DNA of 64,000 bases from an uncultured delta proteobacterium (GCA_963804955.1 CAWDSQ010000020.1:192001-256000); one strand, 5' to 3'; positions 53,241 through 63,691 are shown, counted from the stretch's first letter. Numbers and translations are program-made. Notes: generated from the letters alone by a model not told the origin.

Positions 53241-55697
53241 TCAACAGGAATCCGCATATTGTAGAATGAACGGTACACAAAAATCAAGGGCTATGACAAG
53301 GAAGATTGATCCCAGGATGGCCGTACCGCTGCCTTTCATTTGAAGGGCCATTTCCATTGCCAGCAGTCCGAACAGGGTGGTGAACTTGATAATCGGGTTC
53401 AGAGCAACGGAGGATGTATCTTTGTAGGGATCGCCTACGGTATCGCCGATAACGGCAGCCGCATGCAGATCCGTACCCTTTTCCTTCAGATCGACTTCAA
53501 CTACCTTCTTTGCATTGTCCCAGCAGCCGCCGGCATTGGCCATAAAAATAGCCTGAAAAAGGCCGAAAACGGCAATAGCGATCAGATAGCTGATAAAAAA
53601 GCAGCAGGCCAGCGAGGCCTGAATCTTCTGTGCCAGCGTCGCATTTGCAGCAACCTCAGACGGTGATGAGTAGAAGGCAAAGGCAAGGGCAAAGCAGAAA
53701 ATCGCAATAAAGATATTGAACATGCCCTTCTGCGCATACTGCGTGCAGATTTTTACGACTTCCTTGGAGCTTTCAGTTGAAGCAGACAGGTTTGCGCCTT
53801 CATCAAGCTTGATATTGTTCTTGATATACATAACAGCGCGGTAGGCGCCGGTGGTCACGGCCTGCATGGAAGCGCCGGTAAACCAGTAAATGACTGCGCC
53901 GCCGCACAGGAAACCAAGCAGTGAGTAAGGATTGAGCAGGTTAAGGATTAATTCCGGCTCAAAGCCAAGAGACTTCTTCAGCAGCAGGATCAGGGAGAAG
54001 ATCATTGTCGTTGCGCCCACAACTGCCGTGCCAATGAGCACGGGCTTTGCCGTTGCCTTGAAGGTATTGCCGGCGCTGTCATTTTCCTCAAGAAACTGCT
54101 TGGCCGTATCCATATTAGGCTTGAAGCCGAAATCCTTTTCGATTTCTTTCTCAACATTGGGAATTGACTCGATAAGAGACAGCTCGTAGATTGACTGAGC
54201 ATTGTCCGTAACCGGGCCATAGCTGTCAACAGCGATGGTCACCGGGCCCATGCCGAGCATGCCGAAGGCAACAAGGCCGAAAGCAAAAATGGATGAGTAT
54301 GTCATATAGGCATCAAGGCCATGCGTGCTAGCCCAGTAGGCTATGCCCATCAGGGCGGTTATGGCCATGCCGAGCCAGAAAGCGCTGAAATTACCGGCTA
54401 CAAGACCGGAAAGAATATCAAGGGAAGCACCGCCTTCGCGGGCAGCGGTAACGCATTCCTGGCAATGCCGTGAGCTTGAACTGGTAAATGCCTTGACCAG
54501 CTCAGGGATAACAGCTGCTGCAAGGGTACCGCAGCTGATGATAATTGAAAGCCAGAGCCACAACTGCGGATCAGCAAGCTTGCCGAGCATTATTTTGCTG
54601 ACAATAAAGGTAACTACGATTGAAATAATCGAAGTAATCCAGACAAGGGACGTCAGGGGCTTTTCAAAGTCATACTTCTTGTTGGCTTCAGCCGAACCGG
54701 TAAACAATTTGTTGATGTAGTAGGAGCCGATGGAGGTAAGAATCATCAGGATGCGCATGACGAAAATCCAGGTCAGCAGCAGCATCTGATTGCTCACATC
54801 GCCTACAGCAAGAACGATGAAGGTGATGAGGGCAACACCCGTCACGCCGTAGGTTTCGAAACCATCTGCCGTAGGGCCAACGCTGTCGCCGGCATTGTCG
54901 CCCGTGCAGTCGGCAATAACGCCGGGGTTGCGCGGATCGTCTTCCTTGATTGTAAAGAAAACCTTCATAAGATCAGAGCCGATATCGGCGATCTTGGTAA
55001 AGATACCGCCGCAGATACGCAGGGCGCTGGCGCCCAGCGACTCGCCGATGGCAAAACCGACAAATGATGCGCCGGCATATTCACGGGGCACCATAAGCAG
55101 AATAATGAGCATCATGATAAGCTCAACGCAGACAAGCAGCACGCCAATGCTCATGCCTGCCGTCAAGGGGATATCAAGCAGCTTGATGGGCTTGCCTTCA
55201 AGAGAGGCAAATGCCATGCGGCTGTTGGCAAGGGTGTTCATGCGGATTCCGAACCATGCAACACCGTAGGACCCGAGAATACCGATGATCGACCAGAACA
55301 GAATCAGCAGCACCCCGCTTGTATGCATTTTCTGCAGTACGCCGAAGTAATACACGATGCAGGCGCCGATAAAAATTTCAAGAATTGCAAGAAGCTTGCC
55401 CTGCTGCAGCAGATAGGTCTGGCAGGTCTGAAAAATAATCTCCGCAACATCGAGCATCGACTTGTGAGCCGGCATATTCTTGACCTTTGCATACATGAAA
55501 TAGCCAAAAATCATGCCCAGAATGCAAACACCCAAACCAATATATAATAGTGTCTGCTGCCCGGAAGCAAGTTCGGGAATCGCCAGATCCGCTTCACTTG
55601 CCCACGACATGGCGGGTGCGGCAAGCGTCAGCAGCGCCGCCACGGCGCCTGCCCTGAATTTTGTCAGGGCCGTTAAAAACCTTTGCATACTGCTCAT
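53241..55697 (-). CDS. hppA: Membrane-bound ion-translocating pyrophosphatase, divergent K+-independent type
   Basis: GGIFTKIADIGSDL, EDDPRNPGVIADCTGDNAGD, DSYGPVTDNA, GNTFKA, GGCWDNAKK and GDTVGDPYKDT; AGGAGG SD; probable indel in the last ~15 codons. Confidence 0.95.
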   Translation of the reverse strand: MSSMQRFLTALTKFRAGAVAALLTLAAPAMSWASEADLAIPELASGQQTLLYIGLGVCILGMIFGYFMYAKVKNMPAHKSMLDVAEIIFQTCQTYLLQQGKLLAILEIFIGACIVYYFGVLQKMHTSGVLLILFWSIIGILGSYGVAWFGIRMNTLANSRMAFASLEGKPIKLLDIPLTAGMSIGVLLVCVELIMMLIILLMVPREYAGASFVGFAIGESLGASALRICGGIFTKIADIGSDLMKVFFTIKEDDPRNPGVIADCTGDNAGDSVGPTADGFETYGVTGVALITFIVLAVGDVSNQMLLLTWIFVMRILMILTSIGSYYINKLFTGSAEANKKYDFEKPLTSLVWITSIISIVVTFIVSKIMLGKLADPQLWLWLSIIISCGTLAAAVIPELVKAFTSSSSRHCQECVTAAREGGASLDILSGLVAGNFSAFWLGMAITALMGIAYWASTHGLDAYMTYSSIFAFGLVAFGMLGMGPVTIAVDSYGPVTDNAQSIYELSLIESIPNVEKEIEKDFGFKPNMDTAKQFLEENDSAGNTFKATAKPVLIGTAVVGATTMIFSLILLLKKSLGFEPELILNLLNPYSLLGFLCGGAVIYWFTGASMQAVTTGAYRAVMYIKNNIKLDEGANLSASTESSKEVVKICTQYAQKGMFNIFIAIFCFALAFAFYSSPSEVAANATLAQKIQASLACCFFISYLIAIAVFGLFQAIFMANAGGCWDNAKKVVEVDLKEKGTDLHAAAVIGDTVGDPYKDTSSVALNPIIKFTTLFGLLAMEMALQMKGSGTAILGSIFLVIALDFCVPFILQYADSC

Positions 55698-55732
55698 ACA
55701 TTCCTCCTGTGTCAAAAAAATAAACTGTAGGG

Positions 55733-55804
55733 AAAAGACTACTCCGCCAGAGCCCTGGCGAAGTCATACCTGTGTGTATGTCGATACACCCGGTTTGACA
55801 CCTC
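55733..55804 (-). ncRNA. Candidate riboswitch/attenuator in the hppA 5' leader
   Basis: Hairpin GTCAAACC-GG-GTGTAT-CGAC-ATACAC-ACA-GGTATGAC overlaps a terminator-like stem ACTTCGCCAG-GGCT-CTGGCGGAGT-AGTC-TTTT. Confidence 0.55.
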
Positions 55805-55858
55805 ATCTACTATTGCGCGGTCCGGATGTATATCGTAGTAGTGAAAAATAATCGTATA

Positions 55859-55888
55859 TTTATAAGCTAAAACCCCCATATATGTCAA
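55859..55888 (-). promoter_or_regulatory. Sigma-70-type promoter for hppA
   Basis: Minus strand TTGACA-N18-TATAAA, about 160 nt upstream of the start codon. Confidence 0.55.
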
Positions 55889-56369
55889 GGTTTTATACAG
55901 TAACAACACTATAAAGACGGGCCGGTTCCGGTACGCCAGGTCCGCCCCAGAATGAAATATTATTGTCTATGTTGATGGAAACACGAAAAAAATAACTTTT
56001 TCAAAAAAATATTTTTTTGCCACTACTATAATATTTATATTATAATATACTATTAAATAGTTTAGCGTACTAGGTAAATTTGCAGGTTTCCAACATTGAC
56101 CATCAGCGAATTGATAAATAATGTGCTGGTGACAAAATTGGTTATAGGTAGAACAGCACGCTTTCGAGGACTTCGTGGTACCTTCGCCAAAAAAACTATT
56201 GTTTATTGCGCCTGAACATGAAATAGGAACCCATACAAGAATGCCGGCATTCATACAGTGCCAATATCGTTATAAATAATGTATTTAAAAATCCATGCAA
56301 AGCTTATTCGATAAAGATATGCAAAATTCAAAATATCCCCCAAAAAAAAAGTGCGAAAACTGCCAGCAC

Positions 56370-57389
56370 ATGCTGACAATAGGCTCCGTCCATCTCAGTT
56401 CTCCACTGGTGCTCGCCCCCCTGGCGGGCATTACCGACCTGCCCCTGCGCATGCTAAACCGGAGTTTCGGCTGCGAGCTTGCCTTTACCTCCATGATAAG
56501 CGCACGTGCCCTGGCCTGGACCAATCACAAAACCGAAAAAATGCTTCTAACAGAAGCCGCTGACCGGCCCCTTGGCGTGCAACTCCTTGGCGCCGACCCC
56601 GAAATGCTTGCCCGTGCAGTCGATACACTCGCTGACTTCCCTTTTGATATCCTCGATCTTAATGCGGCCTGCCCTGTTCCCAAGGTTGTGCGCAAGGGCG
56701 AAGGTTCCTGTCTAATGAAGGAGCCAAAAAAAATATACGAGCTGGTTAAAGTGCTGGTATGCCGGACGGGCTTACCGGTAACGGTCAAGCTGAGGGCCGG
56801 CTGGGACAACTTCAGCCGCAATGCCTGCGAGGCCGCTTTGTACGCCCAGGATGCAGGCGCGAGCGCAGTTTTTATTCATGGCAGAACACGGGCACAGGAA
56901 TACCGCGGCAGGGTACAGTATGAATCGATTCGGGAGGTTAAAAAAGCACTTTCGATTCCCGTTATCGGCAGCGGCGACGCTTTTTCACCGCGGCTTATCA
57001 AAAAGATGCTGGATGAAACCGGCTGCGACGGAGTCGCGATCGCTCGCGGCGCCCTCGGGAACCCGTGGCTTTTCCATGAAACAAATTTATTTTTAGCAGG
57101 GAAACCTTCACCAGACCGGCCCGGACCTGCAGATATAATCGCTGTTATGCAGCATCATCTTGACCTGTGCTGCGCATTTCATGGAGAATCGCTCGGTACA
57201 AAACTTTTCCGTAAATTTTTTTCCTGGTATTCAAAAGCATTTCTGAATATCAAACCCCTTCGCATAAGAGCTTTTGGTGCTGCAACGCAACAGGAGATGC
57301 TGGAGGTGATCGATGAAATGTCCGGTCTTGGCATGGAGCCCGGTGCGCCGGTCTATGCATCCCGCGAAGCAGATGTTTGTGTGGAATAA
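56370..57389 (+). CDS. dusB: tRNA-dihydrouridine synthase DusB
   Basis: LAPLAGITD, DLNAACPVPKV, VTVKLRAGW, HGRT and IARGALGNPW motifs. Confidence 0.9.
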   Translation: MLTIGSVHLSSPLVLAPLAGITDLPLRMLNRSFGCELAFTSMISARALAWTNHKTEKMLLTEAADRPLGVQLLGADPEMLARAVDTLADFPFDILDLNAACPVPKVVRKGEGSCLMKEPKKIYELVKVLVCRTGLPVTVKLRAGWDNFSRNACEAALYAQDAGASAVFIHGRTRAQEYRGRVQYESIREVKKALSIPVIGSGDAFSPRLIKKMLDETGCDGVAIARGALGNPWLFHETNLFLAGKPSPDRPGPADIIAVMQHHLDLCCAFHGESLGTKLFRKFFSWYSKAFLNIKPLRIRAFGAATQQEMLEVIDEMSGLGMEPGAPVYASREADVCVE

Positions 57390-57512
57390 GAAAATTCAGG
57401 TTAAGTGAAAATCTCAAAGTCATTATTCTGATAATGCATCTATAAGCTATTGACACTATGGTGCCACATGCTAGAATCCGTCAACATTTACAGAGCATCG
57501 GCGCATCGTAAT

Positions 57513-58884
57513 ATGTCAAAACTAAAAAATATATTCACCTGTTCGTTCTGCGGCTTTCAATCACCCAAATGGCTGGGCAAATGCCCGGACTGCGACCAGT
57601 GGAACACCTTCTATGAAGAGCTGCAAAAAACGCCTTCAAAACGCGCGCAATTCGAATTTGATGCAGGCCCCCGGCAGGGACCGGTTTCGCTGCACACAAT
57701 CAGCACAGCACAATGATGACAGAATTCCAACCGGCATCGGAGAACTGGACCGCGTGCTGGGCGGGGGGCTGGTACGGGGCGCGGTCATTCTCATCGGCGG
57801 AGATCCGGGCATAGGGAAATCGACCCTGGTGCTGCAGGCTCTCACAAGCCTTGCCTGCCGCGGCATAAAAGCTCTGTACGTGTCGGGTGAAGAATCGCTG
57901 AGGCAGCTGAGGATGCGCGCCGAGCGCCTGGGCTCACTGCCTGAGAACCTTTTCATTCTTACTGAAACAGCCCTTGAAACCATTATCGAGCATATCAGGG
58001 AATTCAAGCCCGAGATTCTTGTTATCGACTCAGTGCAGACCATCTACACCGGTGAGCTTGAATCTGCGCCGGGAAGCGTCAGCCAGCTGAGGGAGACATC
58101 GGCGAGGATTATCAGCCTTGCAAAGCAAAGTGAAACAGCTACTTTCCTGGTCGGCCATGTGACCAAGGAGGGAGCAATAGCGGGCCCCCGCGTGCTTGAA
58201 CATATGGTCGACACGGTTCTTTACTTTGAAGGAGACAGGGGGCACGCCTACCGCATTCTCAGAGCTGTAAAAAACCGCTTCGGCTCAACCGACGAAATAG
58301 GTGTGTTCGAAATGGGTTCTGCCGGCCTCATGGAGGTTGCCAGCCCGTCGGAGCTTTTCATCTCTGAGCGGCCTGAACATGCTCCAGGATCGACCGTAGT
58401 GCCGAGCATCGAAGGCACGAGGCCGATTCTTGTCGAGGTGCAGGCACTGACCGCGCCCACACCGCTTGCCATGCCACGGCGCACTGCAATCGGCATTGAT
58501 CAGAACCGCACATCAGTGCTTGTCGCCGTGCTTGAAAAAAAGCTCGGCATGACGCTGTTTAATCAGGATATTTTTCTTAATGTCGCCGGCGGTATCAGGC
58601 TGAATGAGCCGGGAGTTGATCTTGGAATCATCACGTCTATCGTCTCAAGCAAGCTTGAAAAGCCCATGCCGGGCAGGACGGTCGTCTGCGGTGAGGTTGG
58701 CCTGACCGGCGAAGTGCGCGCAATAAGCCAGATTGCGCCGCGCATCAAGGAAGCCGAGCGGCTGGGCTTTTCACAGTGCATACTGCCTAAAAAAAATATG
58801 AAGGGCCAGCCTGGCTCATCAAAAATGAAGCTTATCGGGGTTGAGTCAGTTCAGGAAGCAATAGATCATCTGTTCAAAAAATAG
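57513..58884 (+). CDS. radA: DNA repair protein RadA/Sms (one frameshift near 57710)
   Basis: CSFCG..SPKWLGKCPDC zinc finger, GDPGIGKST, KNRFG and Lon-like C-terminus. Confidence 0.94.
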
Positions 58885-58899
58885 AAAGGATCGTCCAGC

Positions 58900-59575
58900 A
58901 TGTCCATCATAGCACGTGCGGGGTATCCGGTCATCGGAGCCATCGCCATAATCGCAGCCTTTTTTATTCTCATTTCTTCATTCACCTCAGGCCCCGGCCA
59001 GACCCTTTTCCGAATTCTGGGAGGGCTCGGCATTTTTTTCTTTTTCTTTTCACTCTATTTTTTCCGCGACCCGGAACGCATAATCCCCACTGCCCCCGAA
59101 CTTCTGCTCTCGCCTGCCGACGGCACTATTATCGATATCGCGGAAATGGATGAACCGGTATATCTCAAGACCACGTGCTAAACGGGTGAGCATTTTCATG
59201 TCGGTTTTCAATGTGCATGTCAACCGTGCACCCATGGATGGCACTGTGGAATTGCTGCACTATAATCCAGGAAAATTCATCTCGGCATTCAAAGACAAGG
59301 CTTCTGAGGAAAATGAAAGCATTTTTGCAGGAATAAAAGGAAAGGACGGAAATGTCCGAATTTCAGTGAAGTTTATAGCCGGCCTGATTGCGCGGCGGAT
59401 TGTCTTCTATAAGCAGCTCAACGAGAAAATAACGCAGGGTGAACGCATAAATATGATTCGCTTCGGCTCCCGTGTAAATATTTTCTGCCCAATCGATTCA
59501 GCAATCAATGTAAAAAAAGGTGAAGCAGTAACAGCCGGCATGACCGTAATAGCCGTTCTTAAGAAAGGTGCGTAA
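58900..59575 (+). CDS. psd: Phosphatidylserine decarboxylase (one frameshift near 59172)
   Basis: FFRDPER, SPADG, SIFMSVFNVHVNRAP, AGLIARRI and RFGSRV motifs. Confidence 0.92.
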
Positions 59576-60611
59576 ACGTAACGCTTTTCCGGCGCCGCTC
59601 TTTGCTTTCTATCTCGCCGATGGTATAGGCATTCTGCTGCATGGCCTTGAGCCGCTGCAGGACATCTTCCTCCTGTGCCGCAGGAACCACCAGCACGAGG
59701 CCGATCCCATTATTAAACGTACGCATCATCTCTTCTTCTTCAACATTGCCCCTGTCTTTCAGGAAATAAAAAATCGGCGGGACCGGCCATGAACCGGGCC
59801 TGAGATGGGCAAGGCACCCTGCGGGAAGAATACGGGCGATATTGTCGACCAGGCCGCCTCCTGTAATATGGGCGATGCCTTTGAGCTTAAAATCGCGCAT
59901 GAGGTTGAGCACCGCTTTTACATAAATGCGCGTAGGCTTTATAAGTTCCTCACCGACTGTGCAGCCAAGCTCCTGCACATAATCAGTAATCTTGAGATGC
60001 AGATTATCAAACATAATAGTGCGGGCAAGGGAGAGGCCATTGCTGTGTACACCGCTGGAGGCAATGCCGATAATCTTGTCGCCGACGGTAATTGTAGATC
60101 CGTCAATCACTTTGTCTTTATCAACAACGCCTACCACAAAGCCGGCTAAGTCGTATTCACCGTTGGGATAAAATGACGGCATCTCGGCCGTCTCTCCGCC
60201 AACCAGGGCGCAGCCGGAATCCTTGCAGCCTTCCACCATTCCTTTAACAAGGTCTACAAGAATATCATTATTGATCTTGCCCATGGAAATATAGTCAAGC
60301 ATGAACAAAGGCTCGGCTCCCTGCACGATGATATCATTGACGCACATGGCGACAAGATCAATGCCGACGGTGTCGTGCTTATTCATCATGAATGCCACTT
60401 TCAGCTTGGTGCCGACACCATCAGTGGAGGCAACAAGCACGGGCTCTTTATACTTCTGATGGTTCAATGCAAAGAGGCTGCCGAAACCGCCGATACCGGC
60501 AAGAACTTCATGCCGGAATGTGGGCTTCACAAGAGTTTTCAGTGACTGCACAAAACGGTCAGCCGCATTGATATCAACACCCGAATCCTTATATGTAAAC
60601 TTTTTTTCCAT
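59559..60611 (-). CDS. purM: Phosphoribosylformylglycinamidine cyclo-ligase (AIR synthase)
   Basis: YKDSGVD, TDGVGTK, GGETAEMP, HSNG and AHITGGG motifs. Confidence 0.96.
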   Translation of the reverse strand: MEKKFTYKDSGVDINAADRFVQSLKTLVKPTFRHEVLAGIGGFGSLFALNHQKYKEPVLVASTDGVGTKLKVAFMMNKHDTVGIDLVAMCVNDIIVQGAEPLFMLDYISMGKINNDILVDLVKGMVEGCKDSGCALVGGETAEMPSFYPNGEYDLAGFVVGVVDKDKVIDGSTITVGDKIIGIASSGVHSNGLSLARTIMFDNLHLKITDYVQELGCTVGEELIKPTRIYVKAVLNLMRDFKLKGIAHITGGGLVDNIARILPAGCLAHLRPGSWPVPPIFYFLKDRGNVEEEEMMRTFNNGIGLVLVVPAAQEEDVLQRLKAMQQNAYTIGEIESKERRRKSVTFTHLS

Positions 60612-60774
60612 AGTGGTGCGTCATCCTGTAAGTTGATAGAGTGTACTTTATGTATAGCAGAATGTATTTTAAGAAGAAAGAGAAAAGCACGCCTCAGGCA
60701 TCTTGAAACAGTAATTTGTTATGAATTCCAAAATTTTTTTTTGCAATATAGATGATTTTCATATGAAAGGTCAT

Positions 60775-61089
60775 TCAATCCTCAGAGCAGGCCAACTGCT
60801 CCGGCAGAGGCAATGATTCAAGAATAACAATTGTGGCACCCCATCCGCCTGCATCATCAGAGGCCTGATAAAAATCAATCACCTCAGGCAGGCGGCAAAG
60901 CACACGATGAACGGTCTGCCGCAATACGCCCCTGCCTTTGCCATGTATAATCCTGACCTGCAAAATACCTTTTTCCCGGCATGCCGCAAGATAGTCAGGC
61001 ACCAGATATCTGCAATCGGCAGGCTGAAAAGTGTGCAGATCGAGCACATCATCAATCGGGAGCCGGAAGAACTCATCAGTCTTTTCCAT
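60775..61089 (-). CDS. Smr-domain protein
   Basis: LDLHTF, RIIHGKGRG and GGWGAT motifs. Confidence 0.88.
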   Translation of the reverse strand: MEKTDEFFRLPIDDVLDLHTFQPADCRYLVPDYLAACREKGILQVRIIHGKGRGVLRQTVHRVLCRLPEVIDFYQASDDAGGWGATIVILESLPLPEQLACSED

Positions 61090-61225
61090 AGCATCTGTTT
61101 TAAAAATATGTCAGTAGGCCAAGCGGTAGGCTGCATCTAAATAAAAAGTTATGAATAAACAATTTGATTTTTAGTTCAAATTTGAATAAGTTACAATCAT
61201 AAAATTAAGTTATTGTGTTCATCGG

Positions 61226-61844
61226 ATGAAATCAAAAAAATACACTTATTATTGCCACTTGCTCATGGGCGGTTTTGCTCACCATTTCCTTCTGGGCAAG
61301 CATCTGCATGGGCTGGGGACCGGCAGAAAGCGAGCATGACCCGGCATCGGTATGGATGTATGTTCGACGGGGGCTTTTGCTGACAGGTGCGCTGCTGCTG
61401 CCGCGCATTGCCGGCGGCAGGGGTGCAGAAACCTATGGCTGGAAAATATCCTTCAAGTGGTTTCTGATTGCCGTTCCTCTTGGCATAGCTATGGGTTTCG
61501 GCAACAAAGGCGGGTTCGACCCCCGCTTTGTGTCGGCGCTGCTGCTTGCCTGCATGCATGCACTGGCAACAGAACTTTTTTTCAGAGCCTACCTCATAAC
61601 AGCCCTGTCTTCTGTTTTCAAGACATTCTGGACGCCGGTCATCATCTCATCGCTCATGTACGGGATCTATTATCTGACTGTCTGGACAGCATGGTCTCAG
61701 CCCGGCGCACTCAAATTTGCATTTGTAGGACTTTTTACCTTCATCGGACTTATTCATGGTTACTGCTACAAAAAATCCAACAGCTTTCTGGTGCCCTGGC
61801 TGATACATTTTCTTGGAGTATTGAAGTACAGGGTTTTCTTATAA
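61226..61844 (+). CDS. CPBP/Abi-family intramembrane protease-like protein (probable N-terminal frameshift)
   Basis: TELFFRAYL (EExxFR-like), SS..YG.Y and WLIH motifs; multiple TM helices. Confidence 0.7.
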
Positions 61845-61869
61845 CATAGTACAAAAAAGTAAGGCTGCC

Positions 61870-62778
61870 ATGAAAATTATAAGAAACATTTTTATCGTTC
61901 TTGCCGCTCTGTATGCCTGCTGCATCATCTATGCGCTCATCCCGCAAAAATCAATTCCCGTGCAGGAACTTGCGGGGAAACACAGTCAGTTCATCAATGT
62001 AAGCGGGAGAATGCTGCATTATGAAAAAAAAGGCACTGGTAAGCCTGTAATTCTCGTGCATGGCTTTGCAGGCTCAACGTATACATGGAGGAATGTTATA
62101 CCACTGCTGGCTCAGCAGTATGAGGTTTATGCTGTTGATCTGCTGGGCTTCGGTCTTTCTGACAAACCTGCCGACGGCGGCTATTCCCTTGCTGATCAAG
62201 GGCAGCTGATCATCGCTTTTATAGAAAAACTCAAGCTGCAGCAGCCAACGATTGTTGGTCATTCCATGGGAGGAGTCATTACCGCGCTCGCAGCAATGCA
62301 ATCGCCTGAAAAAATCCGGAGGCTCGTCCTGATTGATGCCGGAATCTATCATGGCGGCCCACCTCAGTTTTTAAAATATTTCTTTTTCCCTTTTGATGTT
62401 ATAACCGCGAGGTTATTTTATACTAAAGGCGCTCGGACAAGGAGCCTTCAAAATTCATATTTCAACCAGTCAATGATTACTAATGAGCTGGTAAACAATT
62501 ATCTTAAGCCCGCCGGTACACCGGGCGCGGCTGCTGTTGTGGCCAGCATGAACAAGTTTGCTTCTATCAGGTATGAAGATATCAGCGTCAGGCTGCAGAC
62601 GCCGACACTACTTGTGTGGGGCCGATATGACAGGATCGTACCCGTGACTGATGCCGAACGGCTTCATAAGGAAATAAAGGGCTCTCAGCTTGCTGTCATT
62701 GATGACGCAGGACACATGGTACAGGAGGAAAAGCCAAATGAAGTTGCCTCGGCGATACAAAAATTTCTGGAACAATAA
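61870..62778 (+). CDS. Alpha/beta-fold hydrolase
   Basis: VHGF, DLLGFG.S, GHSMGG, WG..D and GH motifs. Confidence 0.9.
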   Translation: MKIIRNIFIVLAALYACCIIYALIPQKSIPVQELAGKHSQFINVSGRMLHYEKKGTGKPVILVHGFAGSTYTWRNVIPLLAQQYEVYAVDLLGFGLSDKPADGGYSLADQGQLIIAFIEKLKLQQPTIVGHSMGGVITALAAMQSPEKIRRLVLIDAGIYHGGPPQFLKYFFFPFDVITARLFYTKGARTRSLQNSYFNQSMITNELVNNYLKPAGTPGAAAVVASMNKFASIRYEDISVRLQTPTLLVWGRYDRIVPVTDAERLHKEIKGSQLAVIDDAGHMVQEEKPNEVASAIQKFLEQ

Positions 62779-62922
62779 AAATTCGTCATAAGACCATGCA
62801 TGACAGCATTACACAATGTACAAAACCAGATAAATAGCATATTCTTCGGCCGCCAGAGCGGAATCGAGCGTGCTCTTGATGTTTTTTACGACATCCGGTG
62901 ATATACGGCGAGCTGACAGACT

Positions 62923-62960
62923 AAAAGCCGGGCTGATGATCTTCATCGCAGCCCGGCTTA
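62923..62960. terminator. Terminator-like hairpin between convergent genes
   Basis: AAGCCGGGCTG...CAGCCCGGCTT. Confidence 0.6.
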
Positions 62961-62979
62961 AATTTGAATCGTTCTTTGT

Positions 62980-63561
62980 TTATGCCTCAAGCGCAGCCCC
63001 GAGTTTTTTTCCTGCCTCTTCAGCCCGCTTGAGCACATCGGGCATATCATCTATATCGTTCATGCCAACAACTTCGGCAAGCTGCGCCACGATTTTCATT
63101 TTTGAGCAGTCATCGAAGGCAAATTTCAGGGTCTCAATTGTTCGTTGGTGCCCCGAACCTGCAACCGTAGTAATAATTACGGCAGGCTTGCCGGCATGTG
63201 GCCTGTCGCCAAGCCATGGCATGTCGGGATGATATGCAGGCCCCTGACTGCGGTAAAAAATTGCCATGGTGCGGTCTATAAAATCCTTCGTCGCACCGTT
63301 TAAATCAAAAAAATATGTTGGGCCGCCTATGATAAGCCCGTCGGACTGCAGAAGTTGCTCATACACCTGATCCATATCATCACGAATAGAGCACTGTCCC
63401 TCGTTCATCATGCAGGCGCCGCAGCCCGAACATGGTTTGATATCGAGCTTGCCGAGATAGATAAGCTCAAAGTCGCAGCCTGATGCCTCGGCGACTTTCT
63501 TTACAAGCTTATTCGTGTTGCTCTCCTCCCGATGACTGCCGCAGATGCCTAAAATTTTCAT
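62980..63561 (-). CDS. Flavodoxin-family / iron-sulfur flavoprotein
   Basis: GSHR..SNT, CSGCGAC..C, DDM, PTYF and KDFIDR motifs. Confidence 0.87.
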   Translation of the reverse strand: MKILGICGSHREESNTNKLVKKVAEASGCDFELIYLGKLDIKPCSGCGACMMNEGQCSIRDDMDQVYEQLLQSDGLIIGGPTYFFDLNGATKDFIDRTMAIFYRSQGPAYHPDMPWLGDRPHAGKPAVIITTVAGSGHQRTIETLKFAFDDCSKMKIVAQLAEVVGMNDIDDMPDVLKRAEEAGKKLGAALEA

Positions 63562-63602
63562 GGCCACAGCTCCTTCCATAATTAGTATTCAAAAAGGTAT
63601 AC

Positions 63603-63642
63603 AAAAAAAGGCTGGGTACAGGCATGTCTGTACCCAGCTTTT
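63603..63642 (-). terminator. Intrinsic terminator
   Basis: AAAAAAAGGCTGGGTACAG-GCATGT-CTGTACCCAGCTTTT. Confidence 0.65.
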
Positions 63643-63691
63643 CTATCTTTATCAATTGGACTCTGCATCGCGGCACATTGTGCGGCCAGGC

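Noticed and set aside
57700..57725. TGA-TGA in radA as selenocysteine or programmed recoding
   Set aside because: The downstream protein continues in a different frame, consistent with a simple indel like the many others.
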